Of a DNA stretch of 64,000 nucleotides, positions 18,890-26,766 are shown piece by piece (position 1 is the first letter of the stretch; each line of letters begins with the position of its first letter). Source of the stretch: Thauera sp. (GTDB lineage: Bacteria > Pseudomonadota > Gammaproteobacteria > Burkholderiales > Rhodocyclaceae); contig JAEUNQ010000145.1 of NCBI GenBank assembly GCA_016790365.1, forward strand, positions 1,993-65,992, read 5' to 3'. Position numbers and translations under genes: made by a program. Under the pieces are notes generated by a model. The model was given only the letters and a program-made list of their open reading frames with translations, was not told the DNA's origin and ran no database searches.

Positions 18890-19446
18890 ACGATCCCCAG
18901 CGCCTCGCGGATCGCCCGCTTGGTGTCTTCGGTCACGCCCCCCTTGCTGCCCATCGCCTCGAGCTTGGCCTTCTGCTCCTCGAGCAGCTTCTCGCGCGCC
19001 GCCTTCGCCACCGCCTGGCGCTCCTTCAGGTTCAGGCTGCGCGCCTCCTGCGCAGCCTTCGCCGCACGCGCCAGGTCGAGCACGTCGCCGATCTCCAGCG
19101 TCTGGTCGGACTGGATCGCGTTCATCGCCGTCTTGCTCGCCAGCGTCGTCACTGCCTGGGCCAGCAGCGCGCCGCTCTTGGCGTCGAACTCCTCGCCCAG
19201 CTCCGCCACCAGCGCTTCGGCCGCGGCCGCCATTTCGCGCTCGTGCGCCACGATCTCCTGCACGCCCTGGCCGAACCGATGCAGCGCGCTGCGGCTGGGC
19301 AGCTCGCCGCTGGCTGCGGCGGCCGGAAAGGTCGCGTGCAGGTCCGCGATCAGCTCGTCGAGCGTCAGGCGGTTCTCGCGCAGCCGGCGCAGGATGTGCG
19401 CGCGCACGCCCGGCGACTGCTTATCCACGGAAGACTTGCGGCCCAC
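18886..19446 (-). CDS. DUF3486 protein (Mu gp27-like, putative terminase small subunit)
   Basis: GRKSSVDK, SRSALHR, AIREALGI; GTG start. Confidence 0.85.
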   Translation of the reverse strand: MGRKSSVDKQSPGVRAHILRRLRENRLTLDELIADLHATFPAAAASGELPSRSALHRFGQGVQEIVAHEREMAAAAEALVAELGEEFDAKSGALLAQAVTTLASKTAMNAIQSDQTLEIGDVLDLARAAKAAQEARSLNLKERQAVAKAAREKLLEEQKAKLEAMGSKGGVTEDTKRAIREALGIV

Positions 19447-19448
19447 GG

Positions 19449-19739
19449 TCAAGCCCTCGGCCGCGCAATGCCGTCGATCACCACGCGCCCCTCGGCCGCG
19501 TCCTGCCCGCGTTCGGCCAGCGTCGCCACCAGCACCGACCCGGCCTCGTCCACGGCGAGCGTGCCCACCTCGGCCAGCCAGCGCAATTCGGCCTTCACCT
19601 GGTCGCGCGTCCACGAATGTCCGAGCTGGTGCAGCAGGTTCGTGATCACCGAGCTGTTGCCCCGGTAACTCGGCAACTCGGACAAGATGCGCAGGATCAC
19701 CAGGCGCATGTCACGGCGAAGAAAGTCGGAATAGCTCAT
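19449..19739 (-). CDS. Mu gp26-like winged-helix protein
   Basis: RLVILRIL...NSSVI...RDQVKAELRWLAE...RGQDAAEG...GIARP. Confidence 0.8.
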   Translation of the reverse strand: MSYSDFLRRDMRLVILRILSELPSYRGNSSVITNLLHQLGHSWTRDQVKAELRWLAEVGTLAVDEAGSVLVATLAERGQDAAEGRVVIDGIARPRA

Positions 19740-19746
19740 CGGCGCC

Positions 19747-20049
19747 TCACTTGTGCTGCAGCAGGTAATCGTTGATGCGGTCCAGGCTGCGCGCCAGCGG
19801 CTGCATGCTGTCGGTCACGCCCTCGAGCTTGGCGTCCAGCCGCTCCAGCCGGCCCATCAGCTCGTTGAGCTGGTTGTGGCTCGGCACCGCGCGCATCTCC
19901 GCCTCCAGCGTGGTGATGCGCGTGCGCAGCTCCAGCAACTCCTTGGCGCTCGCCGCCTGGCGGCCGATCAGCCACGAATAGATGCCGATCACCCCGATCA
20001 CCACCCATTGCATCGTCCCGAAGCCGAAGTTCAGCTGCTCGATGTTCAT
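19747..20049 (-). CDS. DUF2730 protein (Mu gp25-like; N-terminal TM plus coiled coil)
   Basis: TM segment followed by RITTLE...VPS...; Mu synteny. Confidence 0.75.
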   Translation of the reverse strand: MNIEQLNFGFGTMQWVVIGVIGIYSWLIGRQAASAKELLELRTRITTLEAEMRAVPSHNQLNELMGRLERLDAKLEGVTDSMQPLARSLDRINDYLLQHK

Positions 20050-20573
20050 CGAGGCGCCCCCTCCTCATGCCAGCCGATCAACGCATCGAGCCGGCGCCGG
20101 CACTCGTCGTACCGCCCGCCGGCATCGAGCGCCCAGCGGGCGACGTGGGTATCGGTGGCAACGTGTCCGGCATCCGCTCGAGCAGCGCCGCCGGCGGCGT
20201 CGGGCAAATCGGCATCGAGGCCGGGGGCGCCGTCGAGCACCCGCAAAGCAGGCTCGTCCAGGCACACACGGCCAGTGGTCGTGCGGGAAATCGCATCGTC
20301 TCGCTCCTTGCGCAGCCGCCCCGTCTCGCGGATCGTGGCGGCCAGCTGGCGGCTCAGCGTGTCGCCGCGCGTCTGCGCAGCCTGCAGGCGCTCGAGCGCC
20401 TCGCGGGTCGCCGCCTGTTCGGCCTGCAGGGTGCGCTCGCGCTCGGCAGCGGCCGCGCGTGCGCCGCTCGCCGCGCCGGCCTGGTAGCTCATCCAGCCCA
20501 CCACGGTCAGCACCACCAGCAGCGCCGCGCCCATCGCCAAGGCAAGCGCCCCGTCGAAGTACTTGCCGATCAT
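20046..20573 (-). CDS. i-spanin (Rz-like)
   Basis: N-terminal TM plus coiled coil; directly downstream of endolysin with ATGA overlap. Confidence 0.75.
   Translation of the reverse strand: MIGKYFDGALALAMGAALLVVLTVVGWMSYQAGAASGARAAAAERERTLQAEQAATREALERLQAAQTRGDTLSRQLAATIRETGRLRKERDDAISRTTTGRVCLDEPALRVLDGAPGLDADLPDAAGGAARADAGHVATDTHVARWALDAGGRYDECRRRLDALIGWHEEGAPR
20078..20296 (-). CDS. o-spanin (Rz1-like lipoprotein) embedded out of frame in Rz
   Basis: Lipobox LLCG-C followed by a Pro-rich mature region (CPTPPAALL). Confidence 0.7.
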   Translation of the reverse strand: MRFPARPLAVCAWTSLLCGCSTAPPASMPICPTPPAALLERMPDTLPPIPTSPAGRSMPAGGTTSAGAGSMR

Positions 20574-21343
20574 GCCCAGCCCTCGTGCCGCTGCCGGTAG
20601 CGATTCCACAGCACCACGGCGCCTACGATCAGCGCCACGGCCGCCACCACCAGCAAAGGATCGATGCCCAGGCCCGTAGCCACCGCGCGCACATCGGCGG
20701 ATGTCGCCGAGGCCATCGCAATCGCCCCCGTCGCCATCGACACCGCCCCCGACTGCGCGATCGGGCTCGCCGCCATGCGCGACTCGGGCTCGGCCGCCGG
20801 CATGTCTGCCATCGCACCCGCTGCCGCATCGGGCAGCGCATCCAGCGGCGGGTGATACGAACTGTCACGGCTCAGGTACAGCGCCGCCTCGCGCGCACGC
20901 CGCGCGGTCAGCCCGCGCACCTCTTCCAGCACACCCCGCACGCGCGCCTTGTTCCACAGCCCGAAGGCCCGCGCCGCCGCCAGCGCATTGCCGGCGTTGT
21001 GGGCGCGCAGCACGCTCGAGCGCGCAAAGCCCGCCAGGCCCACGTTGTAGGCCAGGCTCACCATGGCCGCGAGCTGGTGCGGCGTCGCAGGGCGGGCCAG
21101 CAACGCCTCCACGTTCTGCGCAAACTCGCCCAGCCGGGCGCACAGCAGCCGATCGGCCTCGTCCTGGGTCATCACATCGCCGGGGCGAACGTTTTCCGTC
21201 TCGCCCCAGCCGATGGTCCACACCCCTGCGATGTCGCGGTACGCCCGCAACCGACAGCCCTCGCTGCGCGCAACCTCGACCACCCCCGGCCAGATGATCG
21301 GCCAGTGCAGTGCACTGTTCGGCAGAATCTCCACGGCGCCCAC
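20570..21343 (-). CDS. Endolysin, GH24 lysozyme with C-terminal hydrophobic segments
   Basis: EGCRLRAYRDIAGVWTIGWG (E-x8-D-x5-T triad), SLAYNVG, GLTARRAREAALY. Confidence 0.92.
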   Translation of the reverse strand: MGAVEILPNSALHWPIIWPGVVEVARSEGCRLRAYRDIAGVWTIGWGETENVRPGDVMTQDEADRLLCARLGEFAQNVEALLARPATPHQLAAMVSLAYNVGLAGFARSSVLRAHNAGNALAAARAFGLWNKARVRGVLEEVRGLTARRAREAALYLSRDSSYHPPLDALPDAAAGAMADMPAAEPESRMAASPIAQSGAVSMATGAIAMASATSADVRAVATGLGIDPLLVVAAVALIVGAVVLWNRYRQRHEGWA

Positions 21344-21391
21344 CCCCTGAAAATGACAACGCCCTCATGATCGAGGGCGTGTGGGGGTGGG

Positions 21392-21409
21392 GCTAAATGA
21401 AGGGGTTCA
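21392..21409 (-). promoter_or_regulatory. Late promoter / Mor-family activator box (Plys-like)
   Basis: TGAACCCCTTCATTTAGC, then 19 nt, then GATCAT; identical to 42987-43004. Confidence 0.8.
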
Positions 21410-21429
21410 ATGCTGACCGGAGAGCATGA

Positions 21430-22026
21430 TCAATGCTTCGATCCGGTCGCCGGCCACCCGATAGACCTGTTCTTCGATGCAATCTGACACTGGACATCTT
21501 CACCGATTCCAGAGTGCTTAATCGACGCGGCAAGTGCCTCTTCTGCCTTGGCGACGCGCTCGCGCTCCCGGAGCGAGGAGCGGAAGCGCCTTAGCTCCTC
21601 CTGCCAATACGCGTGCGCCAAAACCGAGTGGGTCGAAAACCCCACGGCAGCGCCCGCCATTGCGACAGCGAACGCATAGACCGGCATCTTCCCCTCGACA
21701 AGCACCGAGGGCACGAGGACCAGGATCGCAGCCAGCACATTGCCCGCGGCGTACAGCCACACGGTCTTCACGGCCTTGCGCGCCTTCGCCTCGAGTTCCC
21801 TGTGCTCTGCCGGCGAAAGGTTCGGCGCCTCGGTCACATCCGCAACTTTGAGGGCAAACGCCATCACCGTCACCCACACCGTGCCGATGAAAACAGCGGA
21901 CGTCTTCGAAACCGCCCCGATCAGGTGATAAGGCGACCAGAGAAAAACAGCCCACCCCGCGAGCGCCCCCAGCAGCATGAGGCTCGCTTGAGAAACACGT
22001 CCCGCCGGGTTGAGCTTGATCTTCAT
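21430..22026 (-). CDS. Multi-TM membrane protein (accessory, candidate defence effector)
   Basis: About four hydrophobic segments and a charged C-terminal tail; atypical codon usage. Confidence 0.75.
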   Translation of the reverse strand: MKIKLNPAGRVSQASLMLLGALAGWAVFLWSPYHLIGAVSKTSAVFIGTVWVTVMAFALKVADVTEAPNLSPAEHRELEAKARKAVKTVWLYAAGNVLAAILVLVPSVLVEGKMPVYAFAVAMAGAAVGFSTHSVLAHAYWQEELRRFRSSLRERERVAKAEEALAASIKHSGIGEDVQCQIASKNRSIGWPATGSKH

Positions 22027-22035
22027 GCCTTCAGC

Positions 22036-22998
22036 TTATACGGGGATCTGTCTGCTTTCCACCAACTCTTTCAACCACACAGACATCGCCGAGAAAGCCT
22101 TGTCGGCTAACAAAACCCCCTCTCTGGACTCGATTCTGCAGTTCTTCGAGAGCTTGAGTTCGCCGTCCGAAATCGTCTGCCCGTTGTTCAGGGTGATGAC
22201 CGCTTCGACGTCCTCAGCGTTTCGCAGGCTCGTCGCAATCCTGTCGAGCAGGCGTTGACCGTCCTCGTTTGTCTTGCGTCTGTAAGACACGTGCAGCCAC
22301 GCTTCGATGTTGCCGTCCAATGCCGCGGCCCAGTTGAAGCCCGGCCCATTACCTTGCTCCAACAAGGCCGATACGGCCTCGAGCATCACCCCCTCGACCT
22401 CGATTCGTTTGTCCGATACTACAGAGCCGGAAGTCGAAGCCGCGGATACGGCATGCAGCAACGGCCCGCCCACCTTCACGTCTTTCACATGCGATGCATT
22501 GAGTTGCTCGAGCGCCGAACGCCCGTACTGGTTGGCCAGCTTCACGGAACAAGTATCGCTGTGGCTGTCGGTACCGAGTAGCCAGGACAAATGCGACTCG
22601 AACTGCCCAGCGCGCACGGCTGCAGACTGGATCACGATCACCAAGTCGCCATGCACGTAGAAGTAAAGCAGCCCGTCGACCCACTGGCGCTCCTTGCCGT
22701 CCTCGCCAGGCGGGGCCTTGATCTGATCGACCGTCAATGACTCGGCCGTGAGGTCCTCCAGCACCGAGACGGCACTTGCGCCGCGCTCGAACGCAGTAAA
22801 AATGCCCGCTATCCCCCCATCGACGGGATAGTGCTGCGCCACGATGCGGAAGGCCGTCGGGCTCGTCGGCTCGGCCCGATCCCGAACGATGGCCTTGCCA
22901 GCCAGTGCAGTTGCCAGACGACCCTGCAAGGTCCCGCCCGGCGGAGTGATCTCAGCACGCTTGCAGAAGAGCTTGCGCGAGCTTTTCTCGTTGGCCAT
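22036..22998 (-). CDS. Soluble 320-aa accessory protein (candidate defence sensor)
   Basis: GGAG SD; lower GC than neighbours; ends 9 nt before the TM gene. Confidence 0.8.
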   Translation of the reverse strand: MANEKSSRKLFCKRAEITPPGGTLQGRLATALAGKAIVRDRAEPTSPTAFRIVAQHYPVDGGIAGIFTAFERGASAVSVLEDLTAESLTVDQIKAPPGEDGKERQWVDGLLYFYVHGDLVIVIQSAAVRAGQFESHLSWLLGTDSHSDTCSVKLANQYGRSALEQLNASHVKDVKVGGPLLHAVSAASTSGSVVSDKRIEVEGVMLEAVSALLEQGNGPGFNWAAALDGNIEAWLHVSYRRKTNEDGQRLLDRIATSLRNAEDVEAVITLNNGQTISDGELKLSKNCRIESREGVLLADKAFSAMSVWLKELVESRQIPV

Positions 22999-23037
22999 CC
23001 AAAGGTCTCCGTCCTTGTTGTCTGGCGTTGATAGGCA

Positions 23038-23550
23038 TCACTTCAGCCTCACCGCCGTCCCGGTCGCCACCACGAACAGCATCGCCCGCCCGCCGCCCGA
23101 GAACTCGCTGTAATCCAGGCGCACCCCCACCACCGCATCCGCACCGACCGAAAACGCCTCGTGCCGCAGCTCGGTCATCACCTGGCGTCGCGCGTCGCGG
23201 AGCGTATTCTGGATCGCCCCGCTGCGGCCGCCGACCGTATTGGTGATCGCGGTGAAAATGTCCTTGAACAGGTTCATCCCGTATGCGCACTCGGCCGACA
23301 CGACCTCGATCACTGCGTCGATCTCGCGGTTCGGCACGGTCGGCGTCGTCGTCAGGCACATCCGCGTCAGTCGCATGCGTGTCTCGGCATCGTTCTGCTC
23401 GCGCAGCCGCGCGCGCTCCGACGCGGAGACCGGCCGCACGAAGTTCGGGTCGAACTTGGCGTAGATGACACCGCATTGCGGGCACTCGTAGTCCGGCGCC
23501 AGGTCGGTCGGTTGCCGGGTGTAGTTGCACTTCGGGCACGTCGTACTCAT
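23038..23550 (-). CDS. Zinc-ribbon + YbjQ/UPF0145 domain protein
   Basis: CPKC...CPQC, then VGGRSGA...[12 protein letters not shown]...ATGTAV. Confidence 0.85.
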   Translation of the reverse strand: MSTTCPKCNYTRQPTDLAPDYECPQCGVIYAKFDPNFVRPVSASERARLREQNDAETRMRLTRMCLTTTPTVPNREIDAVIEVVSAECAYGMNLFKDIFTAITNTVGGRSGAIQNTLRDARRQVMTELRHEAFSVGADAVVGVRLDYSEFSGGGRAMLFVVATGTAVRLK

Positions 23551-23571
23551 CGGCTCCTCCTGACTCGACGC

Positions 23572-24030
23572 CTAGTTCACCTGCTTGCATTCCCACCACA
23601 GCCGATCCTTCCAATGCTTGGCCTTCTGCTGTTCGCGGCGGATGTTGTCGGGGTGGCGGAACTCGTTCGCCCAGTACTCGGCATCGTTCTTCTTCTTGCG
23701 CAACTCAATGCAGCGATCCTGCCCTGCCGCACGCTCCGCGGCGCGGCGTACGACCGATTCCTCGCGCGCAGCCTGCCGGGCGGCATCCTCGGCCGCAAAG
23801 CGCGAAAGCGTCTCCGCGGTCTCCTGGCGCACACGTGCGCCGGCCTCCGGGTCATATTCGCCAGTCGCCGGGCGCACCTTCACCCGCTCGGCATCAAGGC
23901 TGCAAGGCGTGTCCGAAAACACCGTCCGTCCGCCCTCCTGGCACTTGTACACCTGCGCCTGCGCGCACGGCGCCCATGGCAGCAAGGCCAACGCCAGCCC
24001 CGCTACGACAGCGAATCGCAGCTTTGACAT
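23572..24030 (-). CDS. Secreted DUF4124-domain protein
   Basis: Signal peptide ending AQA, then QVYKCQEGGRTVFSDTPC; GGAGGGG SD. Confidence 0.85.
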   Translation of the reverse strand: MSKLRFAVVAGLALALLPWAPCAQAQVYKCQEGGRTVFSDTPCSLDAERVKVRPATGEYDPEAGARVRQETAETLSRFAAEDAARQAAREESVVRRAAERAAGQDRCIELRKKKNDAEYWANEFRHPDNIRREQQKAKHWKDRLWWECKQVN

Positions 24031-24554
24031 CTCACCCCCTCCAGCTCCATCAGGCGCCGCACACGCAGCGCGACTCTCCGCGGCCACAGCACAAAGCGAA
24101 ACGCCATCCAGCACGCGCTCAGGTAGATCGCGCCCCCGAGCGCCAGAGAAGCGCCGAACACCGCGCTCGGCCCGTTGATCGCCGGCACCACCAGCGACAG
24201 AAAATACCCCAGGCAGGTGGCGACCAGCCCCCAGCCGAACAGCGCCTCCACCAGCGGCGCGCGCACCACCAAGCGGTGTGCGTGGGCATCCCAGCACACG
24301 CTGTCGTTTTTCCACGCCGCAGCCAGATCCTTGGCCGTAAAGCCGTGCTCGAGCATCAGCGTCTCGAGCACCTCGCGCGCGCAGCGCGGGCACCACATCC
24401 CGGTGTGGGCATGGAACTCCGCCTGGAGCTGGCTCTCGGGCACGCGCCCCGCGGCCTCCGCGTAGTAGTGGTGATGCACCGTCCGCACCGAGCGGTCCTC
24501 GATATACAGCTTGCCCGCCGTGCGGTTGCCTTCGCCTTCGACCGAAACGCCCAT
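24003..24554 (-). CDS. Two-TM membrane protein with an N-terminal motif shared with the repressor
   Basis: Starts 4 nt after the repressor stop; N-terminal GVSVEGEGNRTAG; two C-terminal hydrophobic helices. Confidence 0.75.
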   Translation of the reverse strand: MGVSVEGEGNRTAGKLYIEDRSVRTVHHHYYAEAAGRVPESQLQAEFHAHTGMWCPRCAREVLETLMLEHGFTAKDLAAAWKNDSVCWDAHAHRLVVRAPLVEALFGWGLVATCLGYFLSLVVPAINGPSAVFGASLALGGAIYLSACWMAFRFVLWPRRVALRVRRLMELEGVRCQSCDSLS

Positions 24555-24558
24555 TGCC

Positions 24559-24954
24559 TTACTTCTCGTCGTAGTCCCTGCCTGCGGTGCGGTTGTTGCT
24601 GCCCGTCACCACCACGCCCCCGCTCGGCTTGCCCGTGCCCCCCTGCAGCGCCCCGATCGCCGCCGCCTTCACAGCCAGCGGCGCGGCGCGGAAGAGGGCG
24701 AGGAGTTCGCGTTCGTCGGTGGGCAGGACCTCAGGCGGCGGCGTATCTCGCAGTCCCGTGACGATATAGCGCACGTCTGCCCCGATCTCGTGCACAGCGG
24801 CCAGATATCGAGCGTCGGGTGCCCGCTCACCTGCCTCGTAGAGCATCTGAGTCTTCTTGGTGACCCCGCCAACAGCAGCGAACGCCGTCTGATTCAGGCG
24901 TAAGCGGTCACGTTCCTCGCGCAGTCGCACCCCGATGGGAACCGAAAGTTCCAT
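24559..24954 (-). CDS. Prophage repressor (XRE HTH, BcepMu/B3 c-like), no S24 peptidase domain
   Basis: IGVRLREERDRLRLNQTAFA...TQMLYEAGERAPDARYL...DVRYIVTG; divergent from ner-like genes. Confidence 0.88.
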   Translation of the reverse strand: MELSVPIGVRLREERDRLRLNQTAFAAVGGVTKKTQMLYEAGERAPDARYLAAVHEIGADVRYIVTGLRDTPPPEVLPTDERELLALFRAAPLAVKAAAIGALQGGTGKPSGGVVVTGSNNRTAGRDYDEK

Positions 24955-24994
24955 AAAAATACCAGTTGACAGGAAACCGAACGGTTTCCATAAT
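24937..24994 (+). promoter_or_regulatory. Early promoter and operators
   Basis: TTGACA (24966-24971), 17 nt, CATAAT (24989-24994); palindrome GGAAACCG-AA-CGGTTTCC (24972-24989) and related GGAAC-CGAAA-GTTCC (24938-24952). Confidence 0.85.
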
Positions 24995-25073
24995 TCAACA
25001 CACAAACAGCGCCGAATTTGCCGCCAAGCACAGCCGGCCGCTGTTCCCCTCACAACACCGAACGAGGCCCGTG

Positions 25074-25268
25074 ATGACCATCGATCAGTTCAAGTCCCTG
25101 CTGCGTCGCCAGGGAAAAACCATCCGCCAGTGGGCGGAGGAAAACAACTTCCCGCCCGAGGCCGTCTATCGCGTGCTCAACGGCGTCCTCAAGGGCAACC
25201 ACGGCCGCGCCCACGACATTCTGGCCCGCGCCGGAATCAAGCAGCCGGACGAACGGCTTGCCGCCTGA
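25074..25268 (+). CDS. Ner/Cro-like DNA-binding protein (BcepMu gp16 family), copy 1
   Basis: GKTIRQWAEENNF...VYRVLNG...GRAHDI. Confidence 0.85.
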   Translation: MTIDQFKSLLRRQGKTIRQWAEENNFPPEAVYRVLNGVLKGNHGRAHDILARAGIKQPDERLAA

Positions 25269-25279
25269 GGATCGCAGCC

Positions 25280-25600
25280 ATGACCTATCCCGCCATTCTC
25301 GACCGCACCGACCTTCCGGCCGTGTTCCGTTCCGCTCGCCGCCCCCGTCCAAACCATGCGCTAACCGGCAAGCCTGAAGCGCTCGAAACAGTTGCCGGCG
25401 GGCAGCCCCTTACCCCCAACCAGATCAAGCACGCCCTGCGCCAGCAGGGCCACACCCTCAAGTCGTGGTCCGAAGCCAACGGCTTCAAGTACCGCGACGT
25501 CTCCGAGGTCATCCGCGGCATCCGCCGCGGCAACTACGGCACCGGCCGTGACATCCGCCTCAAGCTCGGCCTGCCGGTCGACGAGCAGCTCGCCGCCTGA
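25280..25600 (+). CDS. Ner/Cro-like DNA-binding protein (BcepMu gp16 family), copy 2
   Basis: GHTLKSWSEANGF...VSEVIRG...GNYGTGRDIRLKLGL. Confidence 0.8.
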   Translation: MTYPAILDRTDLPAVFRSARRPRPNHALTGKPEALETVAGGQPLTPNQIKHALRQQGHTLKSWSEANGFKYRDVSEVIRGIRRGNYGTGRDIRLKLGLPVDEQLAA

Positions 25601-25620
25601 GGCCCGCCATGACCACCCAT

Positions 25621-26071
25621 TCAGCTTCCCCCGCCATGCCTGCACACGGGGCACCACCAGTAGCCGTCCCCGTTGCCGCACAGCACGACCTTGTTGCCCG
25701 CCTCGAAGCACGGCTGGCAGACGAAGTGGGGCACCTCGTCGGCGCGCTCCAGCAGTTCTCCGGCGCGACGCAGGCGATACGCAAAGAACTCCCCGCCGAC
25801 GCCCAGTACGGCCAGCTCATAACGCTCTTTCTCGGCACGGCCAGCCTCCAGCTCGCGTATGCGCTGCTCAAGGACGGGAATCTGCCGCTGCTGCTCGGCG
25901 ACGGCACCGAGCACCTGCAAAAGCTGGGCCTGCGCTTCGATGAGCTTTTCCGTGAACTCGATGTGGATGGTCGCCGCTTTCTGGCGGTCTTTGCTCGTGT
26001 AGCAGCAAGCCGCCGAGCTCCTTCAGCACCGTGAGGCTGCTGGCGACGCCGCCGATCCATGACCCGTCCAT
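25621..26071 (-). pseudogene. Antisense accessory gene (coiled coil + C-terminal Zn ribbon) split by a single-base frameshift
   Basis: AAGGGAG SD; MDGSWIGG...LLLHE, one extra base at ~25993, then KDRQKAATIHIEFTEKLIEAQ...CQPC...CPVC. Confidence 0.7.
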
Positions 26072-26346
26072 CCGTGGCTCCCTTTCTTCATCGCGCCCTC
26101 GATTCTACGACGGGCAAATGATTTTCAAGGCAGAAAAAATGCTCACCGTATTCATTCCCGATCTCCCCGCCGGCTGGGAAGGCCAGCAACGCAGGATCGC
26201 CGCCGATCTCACCGTGACGGTGCAGGGAAAACGCTACCGCATGGCCGAGGGCAGGGTAGGCGAGCTCGTCACCGTGCTGCGCGCCACCGCCGATCCGCAG
26301 GAAGACGCGCTCGTCGCCGCGAGTGTGCGCCGCAACGGCAAGGTCC

Positions 26347-26661
26347 TCATGTCTCGCCGCCAGGCCCGCGCCATGCGCCAAGCGTCCGGAGCTGGCGATA
26401 CAGGATCGTCTTCGCCTCGAGCAGCTCGGCCGTCTCCGCAAACTGCCCTGCCTGGCCACGTTCCGCTTCCAGCTGCTCGAAGCGCTCGGCCGCCGAGCGC
26501 CACAGAGGCTCCAGATAGCGCGCCGCTTCCGGGTTCGCCTTCAGCAGCGGCAACAGCGCATCCGACAGCGCCATCAGCACCCCACTTGCCCAGTCGTCCA
26601 GTCGGTCTAGTTCGGCGCGCAGCTGCGCGACTTCTTGCCGCAGTTCTTCGTCGTTCATCAC
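26347..26661 (-). CDS. Antisense accessory helical protein within the early region
   Basis: AAGGAGG SD; protein-like composition (MNDEELRQEVAQLRAELDRLDDW...). Confidence 0.7.
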   Translation of the reverse strand: MMNDEELRQEVAQLRAELDRLDDWASGVLMALSDALLPLLKANPEAARYLEPLWRSAAERFEQLEAERGQAGQFAETAELLEAKTILYRQLRTLGAWRGPGGET

Positions 26662-26766
26662 GGCCTCCTTCGGGTTTGTGACACCCGCATCTTAGCCAAC
26701 GCAAAAGTCATTTCCCCGTCCCGAAAACGCCATTTGTTTCGACCCGCCCCCGATCGAGCCCTTCCA

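Noticed and set aside
16643-19645. 1000-aa plus-strand ORF, and similar long ORFs at 1503-3491, 28362-30566, 41372-43654 and 54525-56672
   Set aside because: Antisense shadows of well-supported genes in high-GC DNA; no recognisable motifs.
25609-26034. Plus-strand 141-aa ORF as an early gene
   Set aside because: Largely the codon-aligned antisense of the frameshifted Zn-ribbon gene. Not fully excluded because it follows ner copy 2 with a weak SD.
26031-26681. Plus-strand 216-aa ORF
   Set aside because: Its 3' half is low-complexity antisense of the 26347-26661 gene; only the 26118-26350 part looks possibly coding, too weak to call.
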